This document shows positions 41,605 through 51,919 of a stretch of DNA of 64,000 nucleotides, one piece after another. Numbering within the stretch: position 1 is the stretch's first letter; each line of letters opens with the position of its first letter. The DNA lies in assembly GCA_947501805.1 (NCBI GenBank), contig CANMXJ010000009.1:8330-72329 (forward strand). The letters are read 5' to 3'. This DNA comes from an uncultured Sulfitobacter sp. Its GTDB lineage: Bacteria > Pseudomonadota > Alphaproteobacteria > Rhodobacterales > Rhodobacteraceae. The translations under genes were made by a program, and so were the position numbers. The notes under the pieces are model-generated. The model did no database searches. It had not been told where the DNA came from and saw only the letters and a program-made list of their open reading frames with translations.

Positions 41605-42777
41605 ATGCGACGTACATTTTTTGCTGCAATGTTGTTTTGCGTGCCTTTCGCACAGATGGCATCCGCTGCTTGCGGCGGGTCTTTCTCCGGCTTCATTGAC
41701 AACCTCAAGACCGAAGTCGTTGCAAGTGGCGTACCAGCAAGCAAAGCTGACGCTTTCTTTGCAGGCGTTCGACAGGATCCCGCCGTCTTGCAAGCCGATC
41801 GCAAACAAGAGGTATTTCAACTACCATTCATCGAATTCTCTCGCCGCCTGATCTCGAATGACCGGATCAATCGCGGCCGTGCAAATGGCAAACGATACGA
41901 TGCAGTTTTTAACCAGATCGAACGTGATTACGGCGTCAGTCGCGGCGTTCTGCTAGCGTTTTGGGCGTTTGAGACCGACTACGGTGCATTTCAGGGCGAC
42001 TTCAACACAGCCAACGCACTTGTCACCCTTGCCCATGATTGCAGACGCCCCGAGTTGTTCCGCCCACAAGTTCTTGCTGCGGTTGAGTTATTCACCAAAG
42101 GCCAGTTTGATCCGCGCCGCACAACCGGCGCTTGGGCGGGCGAAATCGGCATGGTCCAGATGTTACCCCGCGACATTCTGGAAAACGGTGTCGACGGGGA
42201 TGGGGACGGCAAAGTATCCCTTAAGACGTCCGCGCCGGATGCGCTGCTTTCCGGCGCAGCTATGTTACAGGATTTAGGCTGGCGCGCAGGCGAGCCATGG
42301 TTGGCCGAAGTTTCGGTACCGGATAGCTTCGACTGGTCCCTGACAGGTCTGGAAACAATTAAACCGGTAAGCGAATGGCGCGCTCTTGGCATTACCCCCC
42401 GCAACGGACCGCTGACCGAAGGTTTGGGAGCGTCCCTCCTTTTGCCACAGGGGCGGGGCGGCCCGGCCTTCATCGCCTATCCCAATTTTCGCGTCTATTT
42501 TGACTGGAACCAGAGTTTTACATACGTGATGACTGCTGCCTACTTCGCCACCCGCTTGGAGGGTGCCAAGGTTTTTGATGCGGGTAATCCGCAAAAAGGA
42601 CTGGCGGGTGCTCAAATGAAATCGCTGCAAACCAAACTGCAAGACCGGGGTCACGACGTTGGCAAGATCGACGGTATTCTAGGTGCCGGGACGCGCGCCG
42701 CTGTACGCGCAGAGCAAGCCCGTCTGGGAATGCCGGTTGACGGCTGGCCCACCGCTGCACTGCTATCACAGCTCTAA
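41605..42777 (+). CDS. Lytic murein transglycosylase (MltB-like) with C-terminal peptidoglycan-binding domain
   Basis: Signal peptide, WAFETDYG, GAWAGEIGMVQMLP, DGDGDG, LQTKLQDRGHDVGKIDGILG. Confidence 0.9.
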   Translation: MRRTFFAAMLFCVPFAQMASAACGGSFSGFIDNLKTEVVASGVPASKADAFFAGVRQDPAVLQADRKQEVFQLPFIEFSRRLISNDRINRGRANGKRYDAVFNQIERDYGVSRGVLLAFWAFETDYGAFQGDFNTANALVTLAHDCRRPELFRPQVLAAVELFTKGQFDPRRTTGAWAGEIGMVQMLPRDILENGVDGDGDGKVSLKTSAPDALLSGAAMLQDLGWRAGEPWLAEVSVPDSFDWSLTGLETIKPVSEWRALGITPRNGPLTEGLGASLLLPQGRGGPAFIAYPNFRVYFDWNQSFTYVMTAAYFATRLEGAKVFDAGNPQKGLAGAQMKSLQTKLQDRGHDVGKIDGILGAGTRAAVRAEQARLGMPVDGWPTAALLSQL

Positions 42778-42791
42778 ACCGGAGAACTCAA

Positions 42792-43187
42792 ATGCCACTC
42801 AAGAAAACTGCAGCCCAAATGGTCGCCGACGCCCGCGCCCGTATCGAGGAAATAGAGAGTGCTGACGCCCTTGCGATGGTCGACGATCCAAGCATCCAGA
42901 TTGTTGACCTGCGCGACCCGCGCGAACGCATACGGACAGGATACATTCCCGGCAGTTTCCACTGTCCGCGCGGCATGCTTGAATTCTGGGTAGACCCAGA
43001 CAGCCCCTACTTCAAAGAAGTCTTTGCTCAAGAAAAGAAGTTTGTCTTTCACTGTGCATCCGGCTGGCGCTCCGCAATTTCGGTCGCCACATTACAGGAC
43101 ATGGGCTTTGACGCCGCACACCTGAAGGACGGATTTGGAGGATGGGAGAAAGCGGGCGGTGCAATAAAAAAAGAAACACCCAAGTAA
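42792..43187 (+). CDS. Rhodanese-like domain protein
   Basis: VDLRDPRE, HCPRGMLEF, HCASGWRS, LKDGFGGW. Confidence 0.9.
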   Translation: MPLKKTAAQMVADARARIEEIESADALAMVDDPSIQIVDLRDPRERIRTGYIPGSFHCPRGMLEFWVDPDSPYFKEVFAQEKKFVFHCASGWRSAISVATLQDMGFDAAHLKDGFGGWEKAGGAIKKETPK

Positions 43188-43200
43188 GCAGCAAAGTCGC

Positions 43201-46200
43201 TCATGCAACGAGTGTTTCAGCTTTTTTCAAGTCAACCGAGACCAGCTGGCTAACGCCCTGCTCTGCCATTGTTACACCAAACAGTCGGTCCATCCGTGCC
43301 ATTGTCACAGCGTGGTGCGTAATAATCAAAAAGCGCGTGTCGGTCTGACGGCACATCTCATCCAGCAGATCGCAGAACCGCGTGACGTTAGCATCGTCCA
43401 GAGGCGCATCAACCTCGTCCAACACACAGATCGGTGCGGGATTGGCAAGGAAGACTGCAAAGATCAGCGCCATCGCTGTCAACGTCTGCTCTCCGCCCGA
43501 CAACAGGCTGAGTGTGCTAAGCTTTTTGCCCGGCGGCTGGCACATGATCTCAAGACCCGCCTCAAGCGGGTCATCGGATTCGACCATCACAAGGTTCGCC
43601 TCACCCCCACCGAACAAATGCGTAAACAGCAGCGAGAAATTCGAATTCACCTGCTCGAAGGCTGTCAGCAAACGCTCGCGACCCTCGCGGTTCAGCCCGG
43701 CAATTCCAGACCGCAGCGTTTTGATTGCCTCTTCCAGATCAGCTTTCTCGGCTGTCAGGCTGTCGTGCTCTTCCTGCACCTCCTTGGCATCCTCTTCGGC
43801 ACGCAAGTTAACTGCGCCCAAAGCATCCCGTTGCCGCTTCAGACGGTTCACATCCGCTTCGAGAGCATCTGCTGCGGGCATTTGATCAGGATTTACATCC
43901 AGCGTGGTCAGCAATTGGTTCGGGGTCTGCTGGCTGTCTTCTGCGATACGCTCCGCTGCCGCCACAACCGTTTCCCGCGCAGCCTCTGCGCGCGCCTCGG
44001 AGCGCGCGCGTGCTTCACGTGCCTCGGACGCATGACGTTCTGCGTCCCGCTCCGCCGACGTGGCCTCTCGCAATGCAGATTCCGCTGATGATAGCGCATC
44101 AGAGCTTTGGGCCTTGCGCGCCTCTGCCGTGGCAATTGCCCCGTTTAACTCGTCCCGCTTGGCAGCGATTTCAGCCGGGGCGGCACTTGCCTCTTTCAAT
44201 TCAGCTTCTGATCCCGCTTTGCGCTCGACCAATTCGGCACTTCGTTTCTCTGCCGTCTCAAGACGGTGACGCCAACCACTGATTTCCTTGGTCACTTCTT
44301 GCGACCGCTTGATCCGCGCCTCGCCTTCACGGCGCAATTCATCATGCGATGACCGGCGTGACATCATCGTGATCCGCGCCGCTTCTACTGTCATACGCAG
44401 GTCGTCGATGGCACCACGCGCTTCGCTCAAATCACCGAGTTCAGCCATGGCACGCTCAGCCTCGATAACACGCCCCCGTGCGCTCATTGCCTCGTCTTCG
44501 TGCCGCTTGACCGCAAGACCGAGGCTTTCCAGACGCCCTTCGGCCAAGTTTCGATCCGCCTCGACGCGGCTCAGGGCGCGACCCGCATCCGCCACAGCGC
44601 GGTCTGCATCTCGACGCGCCTCGCGGGCATGTTTGTCGGCCTCCGTCTGTTCGCTCAGGGTACGGGTCAAATTCTCATGTGCGGCACGGGCACCCTCGGC
44701 CCGCTGATTGGCTTGTTCCAGCCCTTGTTTAAGAACCTCAAGACGATTGAGTTGTTGCAGGCGCAGTGCAGCAGCGGACGGCGCGTCCTCTGCCCAAGCC
44801 CGAAATCCGTCCCAGCGCCACAGATCACCTTCGGGCGACACCAGCCGTTGACCCGGCAACAGAGCCGCCTGCAGCCGAGGACCATCGTCCGGATCCACCA
44901 GACCGATCTGTCCCATGCGACGGGCCAACACATCCGGAACCGAAACATGCTGTGTCAGCGGCGTTATCCCCGCTGGCAACGGTTGTTCGTGGTCATAGAC
45001 CGGTAATACAGCCCAACCGGACGGCCCGTCGTCTTCAACCTGCGGCGCACGCAGATCATCGGCCAACGCAGCACCCAGCGCCTTTTCGAACCCATGTTCC
45101 ACCTGCAAGCGGTCAAGGATTTGTCCCCCTTCTGCGGTATCACGCTCCACCAGTTTCGCCAGTGCCGAAACTTCGGCGCGCAACGCGTTCATCTCACCTT
45201 CTGCTTCGGATCTTTCGCCACGTGCATCCGCCTCACGCGATTGCGTTTCAGCACGGGCTTCTTCGGCTCTGATCAACGCCTCTTCAGCATGCGCGGCGGC
45301 GCTTGCAGCAGCTGCTTCCGCCTTCTTGGCAGTTTCATAATCAAGTGCTGCCTGATCAAGCGCGGCCCGGCTTGCCGCCGCCGCTTCTTGGGCTTTCAGC
45401 GCTTCATTTTCAGATTTACTTTGCGTCTTGCGACTATCCTCAAGGAGCCGTTCAGCAGACCCATGGCGCGCTGCAAGCCGTGCGACATCTTCTGTCTGTT
45501 GTGACAGATCCCCTTCGCGGGCCTGCAATACTACTGCGGCTTCACGGGCGGCTTCTGCGGCAGCTTCGAGCGACTCACTGTGACCCTCGCCTGCTTTTGC
45601 AAGCTCCTTGGCTTCCCACTCCAACCGCTCGATTGTCTCGCCCGCATCCCGGTTCAAACCGGCCTCCCGCTCGATATCGCGGGCCAACTGGGTGATGCGG
45701 TTTGTGAGTGTGTCAATCGTCTGCTGTGCGCGGGCCTCCTGATCACTTAAAGTGTCGCGCTGCACGGCTAAACGCTGCAACACAGCTGCCGCAATCGCCT
45801 CTTCTTCCCGCAAAGGCGGCAAAGCATCTTCGGCAGCCTGTCGTTGTTTAGCCGATTGTTGCACCAAGCCCTGTGCCTGAGCGGCGGCTGTCACTCGGGC
45901 GCGCAGTTCCTCGTCCGCTTTGGCGCGGGCATCATCCGCTTCACGCCAGCGGCGATAGAGCAACATGCCCTCATTGCGCCGCAGATCATCTCCGATTTCG
46001 CGGTAGCGTGCCGCTTGGCGTGCCTGACGTGCAAGTTGTGACAATTGCGCCGCGAGCTGTTCGATCACATCATCAACACGGGTAAGGTTTGACTCCGCGC
46101 CGTTCAGTTTCAATTCTGCTTCGTGACGGCGTTGATACAGACCCGATATTCCGGCTGCTTCTTCCAGAATGCGACGGCGGTTCTTGGGCTTGGCGTTGAT

Positions 46201-46656
46201 CAATTCCGAAATCTGCCCTTGCCGAACCAATGCAGGGCTGTGTGCACCGGTTGACGCATCAGCAAACAACATCTGCACATCACGCGCACGGACATCTTTA
46301 CCTCCCGCCTTGTAGGCGCTGCCCACATCACGGGTAATCCGGCGGACAATATCAAGCGAATCCTGATCGTTGAAACCCGCAGGCGCAAGTCGATCGGAAT
46401 TGTCGATATGCAAGGAGACTTCGGCAAAGTTGCGCGCCGGACGCGTTGCGGCACCCGCAAAGATCACGTCTTCCATTCCGCCACCACGCATTGCCGTCGG
46501 ACGGTTTTCCCCCATGACCCAACGCAACGCTTCGAGAAGGTTGGATTTGCCACACCCGTTTGGCCCCACAACGCCTGTCAGACCATCTGCGATGATCAGG
46601 TCGGTGGGGTCTACGAAGCTTTTGAAGCCTGTTAGCCTGAGTTTGGAAAAGCGCAC
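43201..46656 (-). CDS. smc: Chromosome segregation protein SMC
   Basis: GFKSF, GPNGCGKSN, long coiled coils, LSGGE, LDEVDAPLD; GTG start at 46656. Confidence 0.97.
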   Translation of the reverse strand: MRFSKLRLTGFKSFVDPTDLIIADGLTGVVGPNGCGKSNLLEALRWVMGENRPTAMRGGGMEDVIFAGAATRPARNFAEVSLHIDNSDRLAPAGFNDQDSLDIVRRITRDVGSAYKAGGKDVRARDVQMLFADASTGAHSPALVRQGQISELINAKPKNRRRILEEAAGISGLYQRRHEAELKLNGAESNLTRVDDVIEQLAAQLSQLARQARQAARYREIGDDLRRNEGMLLYRRWREADDARAKADEELRARVTAAAQAQGLVQQSAKQRQAAEDALPPLREEEAIAAAVLQRLAVQRDTLSDQEARAQQTIDTLTNRITQLARDIEREAGLNRDAGETIERLEWEAKELAKAGEGHSESLEAAAEAAREAAVVLQAREGDLSQQTEDVARLAARHGSAERLLEDSRKTQSKSENEALKAQEAAAASRAALDQAALDYETAKKAEAAAASAAAHAEEALIRAEEARAETQSREADARGERSEAEGEMNALRAEVSALAKLVERDTAEGGQILDRLQVEHGFEKALGAALADDLRAPQVEDDGPSGWAVLPVYDHEQPLPAGITPLTQHVSVPDVLARRMGQIGLVDPDDGPRLQAALLPGQRLVSPEGDLWRWDGFRAWAEDAPSAAALRLQQLNRLEVLKQGLEQANQRAEGARAAHENLTRTLSEQTEADKHAREARRDADRAVADAGRALSRVEADRNLAEGRLESLGLAVKRHEDEAMSARGRVIEAERAMAELGDLSEARGAIDDLRMTVEAARITMMSRRSSHDELRREGEARIKRSQEVTKEISGWRHRLETAEKRSAELVERKAGSEAELKEASAAPAEIAAKRDELNGAIATAEARKAQSSDALSSAESALREATSAERDAERHASEAREARARSEARAEAARETVVAAAERIAEDSQQTPNQLLTTLDVNPDQMPAADALEADVNRLKRQRDALGAVNLRAEEDAKEVQEEHDSLTAEKADLEEAIKTLRSGIAGLNREGRERLLTAFEQVNSNFSLLFTHLFGGGEANLVMVESDDPLEAGLEIMCQPPGKKLSTLSLLSGGEQTLTAMALIFAVFLANPAPICVLDEVDAPLDDANVTRFCDLLDEMCRQTDTRFLIITHHAVTMARMDRLFGVTMAEQGVSQLVSVDLKKAETLVA

Positions 46657-46755
46657 CTGTGGCGAGGCTCCGATGATTCCTGCGTCAAGCGAAAATGCGT
46701 GTACTACCCAGTCTCTGTCAAGCAATCACCCCAATAGAAGGGGTTTTGAGCGGGG

Positions 46756-46764
46756 TTATCCACA
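46756..46764 (+). promoter_or_regulatory. Consensus DnaA box upstream of smc
   Basis: Exact TTATCCACA in the intergenic region, 100 bp before the smc start. Confidence 0.55.
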
Positions 46765-46785
46765 AGATATTGAGTTTGGGCTGCT

Positions 46786-47190
46786 TTATGAGATATCACA
46801 TTCGATATCGATCCGTATCTGCCCGATCTCCTTGATCCCTGATCCCCGAACCGGCACACAATCCAGCTCGATTGGTCCTGAAGCCGGTGGCCGCCTACCT
46901 TTGCCGCATTTCAACCTTCCGAATATCAATGCCTGATCGCCGGTCACTCTGGACACCGTGCATCCACTGACCTGTTCAATCGCGGTACTGGCACGTTGTT
47001 CAATAGAACCAAATCGCGGCGCATACTGGGCGTTAACCCGCATCGCCTCAGCTCGGTTTTCCCGAATGCGCACATCAAAAACAGAACCGTCAACGGTAAT
47101 ACGTGTTGCAGGGATTCCACGAAATTGCGGACTCGGTGTATTGCAGGCAACAAGAAGCATGACAGCAAGAAAAAGGAGAAGATGTTTCAT
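46786..47190 (-). CDS. Hypothetical lipoprotein
   Basis: Signal peptide with lipobox LVAC; TPSPQF...DGSVFDV...AEAMR pattern. Confidence 0.75.
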   Translation of the reverse strand: MKHLLLFLAVMLLVACNTPSPQFRGIPATRITVDGSVFDVRIRENRAEAMRVNAQYAPRFGSIEQRASTAIEQVSGCTVSRVTGDQALIFGRLKCGKGRRPPASGPIELDCVPVRGSGIKEIGQIRIDIECDIS

Positions 47191-47323
47191 CCACTGAAGC
47201 TGCGCTTCTTTGGTTAACAATCCACTAACTTGATTTTGCTACAAACCGTTGGAGGAATCAAAGCGCACCCGTTGTTACGCCCCGAATTTGGTCATATCAT
47301 CTAACCAATTCTAGGAAACCGAC

Positions 47324-48091
47324 ATGCCTTTTCACCACGTTACCCCTGAAAAGCTCTCCACCGCCGTCATACGGCAGATCGAAGAGTTAATTCTTCGTGG
47401 CATCTTGCGCCCCGGCGAACGATTGCCGCCCGAACGGGAATTGGCCGAACGCCTCGGTGTCTCGCGCCCCTCGTTGCGGGATGCCATTGCTGCCCTTCAA
47501 GAAGCAGGCCTGCTGAGCGCAAAACCGGGCGCAGGCATCTATGTTGCTGATGTACTTGGCAGTGCCTTTGCCCCCGCATTGATCAACTTATTCGCGCGTC
47601 ACGACGAGGCCGTGTTTGATTACTTGTCTTTCCGCCGCGACATGGAAGCTCTCGCCGCTGAGCGGGCCGCCAAATACGGGTCGGACACGGACTTGGCCGT
47701 TGTGCAAACCGTCTTTGATAAAATGCAAGCGGCCCATGAAACCCGTAATGCAGAGGATGAAGCGCAACTGGATGCGCAATTTCACATGGCGATTGTAGAG
47801 GCGAGCCATAACGTCGTGATGCTGCACATGATGCGGTCAATGTACGAGCTGTTGCGTGGTGGCGTCTTTTACAACCGGCAAGTGATGTTCAAACAACGCA
47901 CGAGCCGCGCCGCCCTTCTGGATCAACATCGTCTGATAAACGCAGCACTTCAGGCACGTGATCCGGATGCGGCCAGAACCGCGATCGAAGCACATCTTGG
48001 TTTTGTCGAGGTCTCGTTAAAGGATCAGAAGAAAGCGGAGCGCAACGAAGTGATTGCCCGCCAACGTCTGAAACACGAGACCGAAGGATAA
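47324..48091 (+). CDS. GntR/FadR family regulator (LldR/PdhR/GlcC-like)
   Basis: LPPERELAERLGVSRPSLRDA HTH; FCD domain with DAQFH, QH, H. Confidence 0.92.
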   Translation: MPFHHVTPEKLSTAVIRQIEELILRGILRPGERLPPERELAERLGVSRPSLRDAIAALQEAGLLSAKPGAGIYVADVLGSAFAPALINLFARHDEAVFDYLSFRRDMEALAAERAAKYGSDTDLAVVQTVFDKMQAAHETRNAEDEAQLDAQFHMAIVEASHNVVMLHMMRSMYELLRGGVFYNRQVMFKQRTSRAALLDQHRLINAALQARDPDAARTAIEAHLGFVEVSLKDQKKAERNEVIARQRLKHETEG

Positions 48092-48131
48092 TTGTCACCA
48101 GCAAGAGAGCTGTACATTTGGTTGCCCAAAT

Positions 48132-48161
48132 AAAAAAGGCCCCGAACATGTCAGGGCCTTT
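48132..48161. terminator. Intrinsic terminator at the end of the atp operon
   Basis: AAAAAAGGCCC-loop-GGGCCTTT; the T-run follows on the minus strand. Confidence 0.75.
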
Positions 48162-48185
48162 CAAATTTCGGGTTGTTTCGCCGGC

Positions 48186-48755
48186 TTAGTGCAGCTTGGC
48201 CTGAACCTGAGCGATAGCATCGTCAATCAGTTTGTTACCTTCAGCAGCTGACATCTGTTTGGCAATCACATCACGCGCCGCGGCGACGGCAATCATAGCC
48301 GCCTGATCGCGCACTTCTTTCACTGCAGCGGCTTGAGCTGATTCAATCTGGTCTTCTGCGGCAGCCATGCGGCGGGCAACAGATTTTTCCAGATCAACAC
48401 GGGCCTGAACGCCGGCAGCTGTTGCTTCTTCTTTTGCAGCAGCAACAATGCGATCCGCCTGCTCTTGCACTTCCTTCTGCTTGCGCTCGTAAGAGGCGAG
48501 CAGTGTCTGTGCTTCTTCACGCAACTTGCGGGCCTCATCCAACTCGGATTTGATACCTTCAGCGCGTTGATCCAGCATGCCGCCCAGAAGGCTAGGCACT
48601 TTGAAGTAAAACAAAACAGCGATGAACAGAAGGAACGCCAGCAGTACAACAAAGTCGGTGTTCTTGAGCGAAAAGAATGGACCGGACGCGGCAAGAGCCG
48701 GTGACGCTGCAACGGTTGCCGCAAGGGCGGTAAGGGTCAAACGCATGGTAATCAT
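48186..48755 (-). CDS. atpF: F0 ATP synthase subunit b
   Basis: TM anchor [10 protein letters not shown] then [15 protein letters not shown] coiled coil. Confidence 0.95.
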   Translation of the reverse strand: MITMRLTLTALAATVAASPALAASGPFFSLKNTDFVVLLAFLLFIAVLFYFKVPSLLGGMLDQRAEGIKSELDEARKLREEAQTLLASYERKQKEVQEQADRIVAAAKEEATAAGVQARVDLEKSVARRMAAAEDQIESAQAAAVKEVRDQAAMIAVAAARDVIAKQMSAAEGNKLIDDAIAQVQAKLH

Positions 48756-49279
48756 CCTTTCATCCGAGCAGTAACAGCGGCCGTAATCGTTTTGGCATCA
48801 GCCTTGCCACCCATGGCGGCAACGATTTCTTTCGCGGTATCTTTGGCAACGATCTTCACGTTCTCCAATGAAGACGCGCGAATTTCGGCAATGGCTTTCT
48901 CGGACTCGGCAGACTTGGCAGAAATTTCTGCGTCCGCCTTGGCAATCGCCACATCCAGATCAGCTTTGATTTCGGCTTTGGCACTCTCGACAATGCGCTG
49001 CGCTTCTGCGCGGGCATCAAGTAGAGCCTTGTCATATGCAGCTTCGGCCTCGACCGCTTTGGCCTTGAGATCTTCTGCTGCAGCAATATCGTTGGTGATC
49101 GTGCCGGTACGCTCGGCCAGAACTGCACCGATGCGGGGCAGTGCGACACGCGACAGGATCAGATAGATCGCGATCAACGCAAGCACGAGCCAGAAAATCT
49201 GGTTACCCCACGTGGAGAAATCCAGTTGTGGCATGCCCGGGGCCTGAGCCACTTCTGCGCTAGTTGTTTCGGTTGCCAT
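48752..49279 (-). CDS. atpX: F0 ATP synthase subunit b'
   Basis: [21 protein letters not shown]. Confidence 0.93.
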   Translation of the reverse strand: MATETTSAEVAQAPGMPQLDFSTWGNQIFWLVLALIAIYLILSRVALPRIGAVLAERTGTITNDIAAAEDLKAKAVEAEAAYDKALLDARAEAQRIVESAKAEIKADLDVAIAKADAEISAKSAESEKAIAEIRASSLENVKIVAKDTAKEIVAAMGGKADAKTITAAVTARMKG

Positions 49280-49374
49280 CTTGGCATCTCCTTGGAAGTC
49301 GGAGCCTAAAAACTTGGGTCTTACAGCGGATAGGGATTGCCCCTATCCGCACGCAAGGATGTCGAAACTGCTAC

Positions 49375-49599
49375 TTAAACAGCGAACATCAAGAGCAGAG
49401 CTACGAGGAACGCGAAGATCCCCAAGGCTTCTGCAAAGGCGATGCCGATGAACAGTGTTGCTGTCTGCGAAGCAGCAGCGGATGGGTTGCGCAATGCGCC
49501 TGCGAGGTAGTTACCTGCAACGTTACCAACACCGATTGCGGCTGCGCCGGAACCAATTGCTGCCAAGCCTGCGCCGATGTGTGCGAGTTCGCCTTCCAT
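49375..49599 (-). CDS. atpE: F0 ATP synthase subunit c
   Basis: [11 protein letters not shown] loop, FAEALGIF (H+-binding Glu). Confidence 0.97.
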   Translation of the reverse strand: MEGELAHIGAGLAAIGSGAAAIGVGNVAGNYLAGALRNPSAAASQTATLFIGIAFAEALGIFAFLVALLLMFAV

Positions 49600-49656
49600 G
49601 ATATTCTCCTATGCGTTGGAAGTTTAGTATAAGGACGGGGTTAAGTGTCGCCCGAA

Positions 49657-50418
49657 TTAGTGTGAGGGATGCAGCGCGTCCTTGAGGTACACGCATGTAA
49701 GGATGGTAAAGACGTAGGCCTGAATGAAGGATACGAGAACCTCCAGACCGTACATCGCCGTGATGCCCACGATCGCAACAGGCGATACTGCCGTGATTGC
49801 CGCAAAACCAGCAAAGACCTTAATAACCGCGTGGCCAGCCATGACGTTACCAGCCAAACGAATGGAATGACTGACGGGGCGCACGAAATAAGAGATCAAC
49901 TCGATGATTGCCAGAACAGGGCGCAAAGCCAACGGTGCCGATGACACCCAGAAAAGACCAAGGAACGCAGCGCCGTTCTTTACAAAGCCCAGTATGGTCA
50001 CAGTCAGGAAAACAGCCATCGCCAGCACGACGGTAACGGCAAAGTGTGAGGTCGGCGTGAAGGACGTTGGCAGCAGGCCAAGGAAGTTGGCACAGACAAT
50101 GAACATGAAAAGGGTCATGATATATGGGAAATACTTGACCCCATCCTTGCCACAGATATCTTCGACCATCTTATAGACAAATCCGTAGGCCAGTTCGGCA
50201 ACCGACTGCATCCGCGACGGGATCACAGCGCGCTTGGAGGAACCCAGTACCAGCAAAGCAAAGGTCGCGATGACAGCCAGAAACATCCAGACTGTCGCAT
50301 TGGTCACGGTGTACCAAGCAACATCAGACCCACCGCCAAAGAATGGCTTGATGATGAACTGATCCATCGGGTGAAATACCAGACCGCCTTCTTCCGCGCC
50401 GTTTGTCTCTGTGGCCAT
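49657..50418 (-). CDS. atpB: F0 ATP synthase subunit a
   Basis: [23 protein letters not shown]. Confidence 0.97.
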   Translation of the reverse strand: MATETNGAEEGGLVFHPMDQFIIKPFFGGGSDVAWYTVTNATVWMFLAVIATFALLVLGSSKRAVIPSRMQSVAELAYGFVYKMVEDICGKDGVKYFPYIMTLFMFIVCANFLGLLPTSFTPTSHFAVTVVLAMAVFLTVTILGFVKNGAAFLGLFWVSSAPLALRPVLAIIELISYFVRPVSHSIRLAGNVMAGHAVIKVFAGFAAITAVSPVAIVGITAMYGLEVLVSFIQAYVFTILTCVYLKDALHPSH

Positions 50419-50419
50419 C

Positions 50420-50740
50420 TCAGGCTCCTTCGTCGTTCTTAGCCATATCGGCTATCTTCTTATCTTGGATCTCTTGCGCAGACCGGAGCATCGTTTTGAT
50501 CCCCGCCGCAAGACCCAGCATTACAAACAGCACCATGAATATCGGCAGCGTGCCAAACAGCACATCAAGTCCGTATCCGATGCCGAAACCGATCCCCAGA
50601 CCGGCTACCAATTCAATCACCATCCGCCATGCAAGCTGCGCCTGCGAATAGTGCTCTTCCTGGTGTGGTTTCGCCGGTGCCGACCGCTTCTTGGCGGCTT
50701 CGATCTTGGCTTCAAGCTGCTGAAGGTCTTGATCGGGCAC
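50420..50740 (-). CDS. atpI: ATP synthase protein I (AtpZ/AtpI)
   Basis: [11 protein letters not shown]...GYGLD...P; first gene of the F0 operon. Confidence 0.92.
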   Translation of the reverse strand: MPDQDLQQLEAKIEAAKKRSAPAKPHQEEHYSQAQLAWRMVIELVAGLGIGFGIGYGLDVLFGTLPIFMVLFVMLGLAAGIKTMLRSAQEIQDKKIADMAKNDEGA

Positions 50741-50770
50741 AGGTCATTCCCCACTGGAATTCTTGTGTGA

Positions 50771-50799
50771 GTGCTACTTGGCGGTGCCGTCAGAGTCAA
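50771..50799 (-). promoter_or_regulatory. Putative sigma70 promoter of the atp F0 operon
   Basis: TTGACT-N17-TAGCAC on the minus strand, ~30 bp upstream of atpI. Confidence 0.55.
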
Positions 50800-50921
50800 C
50801 CTGAGGGAAAATACCGCCAAGACGTTGATATAATATGTTAATTTATCCCGCATCCAACCGCATAAACCGCCACAGGCACCAGTCAGGTCGCTTTCGCTCA
50901 TTCAACCTTTTGGTTGATCTT

Positions 50922-51815
50922 TCAGCAATCCACCCCGCGCCAACCCGCTGTTTCTGCCATCAGCCAGTCGCGAAAGACACGTACAGCTTTGCGGCGCAAG
51001 ACGCCCTCACCCTGCAGCAGATAATAGCCACCCTCACGAAACCCGACCTCTGACAGGCGGATCAATCGTCCGGCGGCGACTTCACCAGCAACCACCTCAT
51101 CCGAGACCAGAAGGATGCCTTGCCCCGCAACCGCCGCTTCAACCGCGAGAACCGAACTCATCCGCCACGTGGATTGCGGCACCTCCTGCGGCGCGACCTC
51201 TCCGGTCAAGGCAAACCACATATCCCACGTTCCGCTGGTCCGGTCCTTGAGCAACGGATAAGACAGGAAATCGCGCGTTGATGCCAGCGGTCCCTGCAAC
51301 AATGCAGGCGCTGCATAAGGATGCATCGGCGCATCACTGATCAACTCGGCCCCTGCATAGCTGTTATCAGGGCGCACAAACCGGATCGCCAAATCCGCCT
51401 CGTAACGCGCCACATCAGCTAAATGTCGCGAAGCCTCTAGCCTGACCTCGATATCCGGGTGCAATGCCGCAAAGTGCCCCAGTTTTGGCACCAGCAGCTT
51501 GGTCGCAAACAAGGTTTCCGAATTCACCCAAACCGTTCCCCTTGGAACCTCCGTCAGGGTTTCGGTGGCCGAAGCAATCGCATCCAAGGCAGGGGTTATC
51601 TGCGCAAGATAGGACGCGCCGTATTCCGACAATTCCAAGCCACGCGGCAAATCACGAAAAAGCTGCACCCCGAGACGATCCTCAAGCCCTCGCACATGAC
51701 GGCTGATCGACGAATGGCTGACACCCAACTCATCTGCGGCACGCGAAAAGCTCTGGTGGCGACCAGCAGCTTCAAAGGCGCGTAAGGCATTGAGAGGAGG
51801 AAGCTGACGGGACAT
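50922..51815 (-). CDS. LysR family regulator (GcvA/AmpR-like)
   Basis: LPPLNALRAFEAAGRHQSFSRAADEL HTH plus substrate-binding domain. Confidence 0.93.
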   Translation of the reverse strand: MSRQLPPLNALRAFEAAGRHQSFSRAADELGVSHSSISRHVRGLEDRLGVQLFRDLPRGLELSEYGASYLAQITPALDAIASATETLTEVPRGTVWVNSETLFATKLLVPKLGHFAALHPDIEVRLEASRHLADVARYEADLAIRFVRPDNSYAGAELISDAPMHPYAAPALLQGPLASTRDFLSYPLLKDRTSGTWDMWFALTGEVAPQEVPQSTWRMSSVLAVEAAVAGQGILLVSDEVVAGEVAAGRLIRLSEVGFREGGYYLLQGEGVLRRKAVRVFRDWLMAETAGWRGVDC

Positions 51816-51821
51816 GCCTAT

Positions 51822-51840
51822 ATGTGCGTTTTTTGCACAT
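51822..51840. promoter_or_regulatory. LysR recognition site
   Basis: Perfect IR ATGTGC-N7-GCACAT containing T-N11-A, immediately upstream of the LysR start. Confidence 0.65.
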
Positions 51841-51919
51841 GACACGTCAAGCAAATGTCTTTGAGGTTCCTCAGGGCTTCTGGCAAATATGGCCTATTCC
51901 ATTTGAAAGGTAGGATAAA

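Noticed and set aside
43312-45695. Several 130-258-aa plus-strand ORFs inside smc
   Set aside because: Antisense shadows of the Ala/Glu/Arg-rich coiled coil; no RBS or domain signatures
44100-45700. Repetitive GCC/GCG/GAG-rich tracts resembling a tandem repeat
   Set aside because: Explained by SMC heptad coiled-coil coding; no exact repeat unit or spacers, so not CRISPR or VNTR
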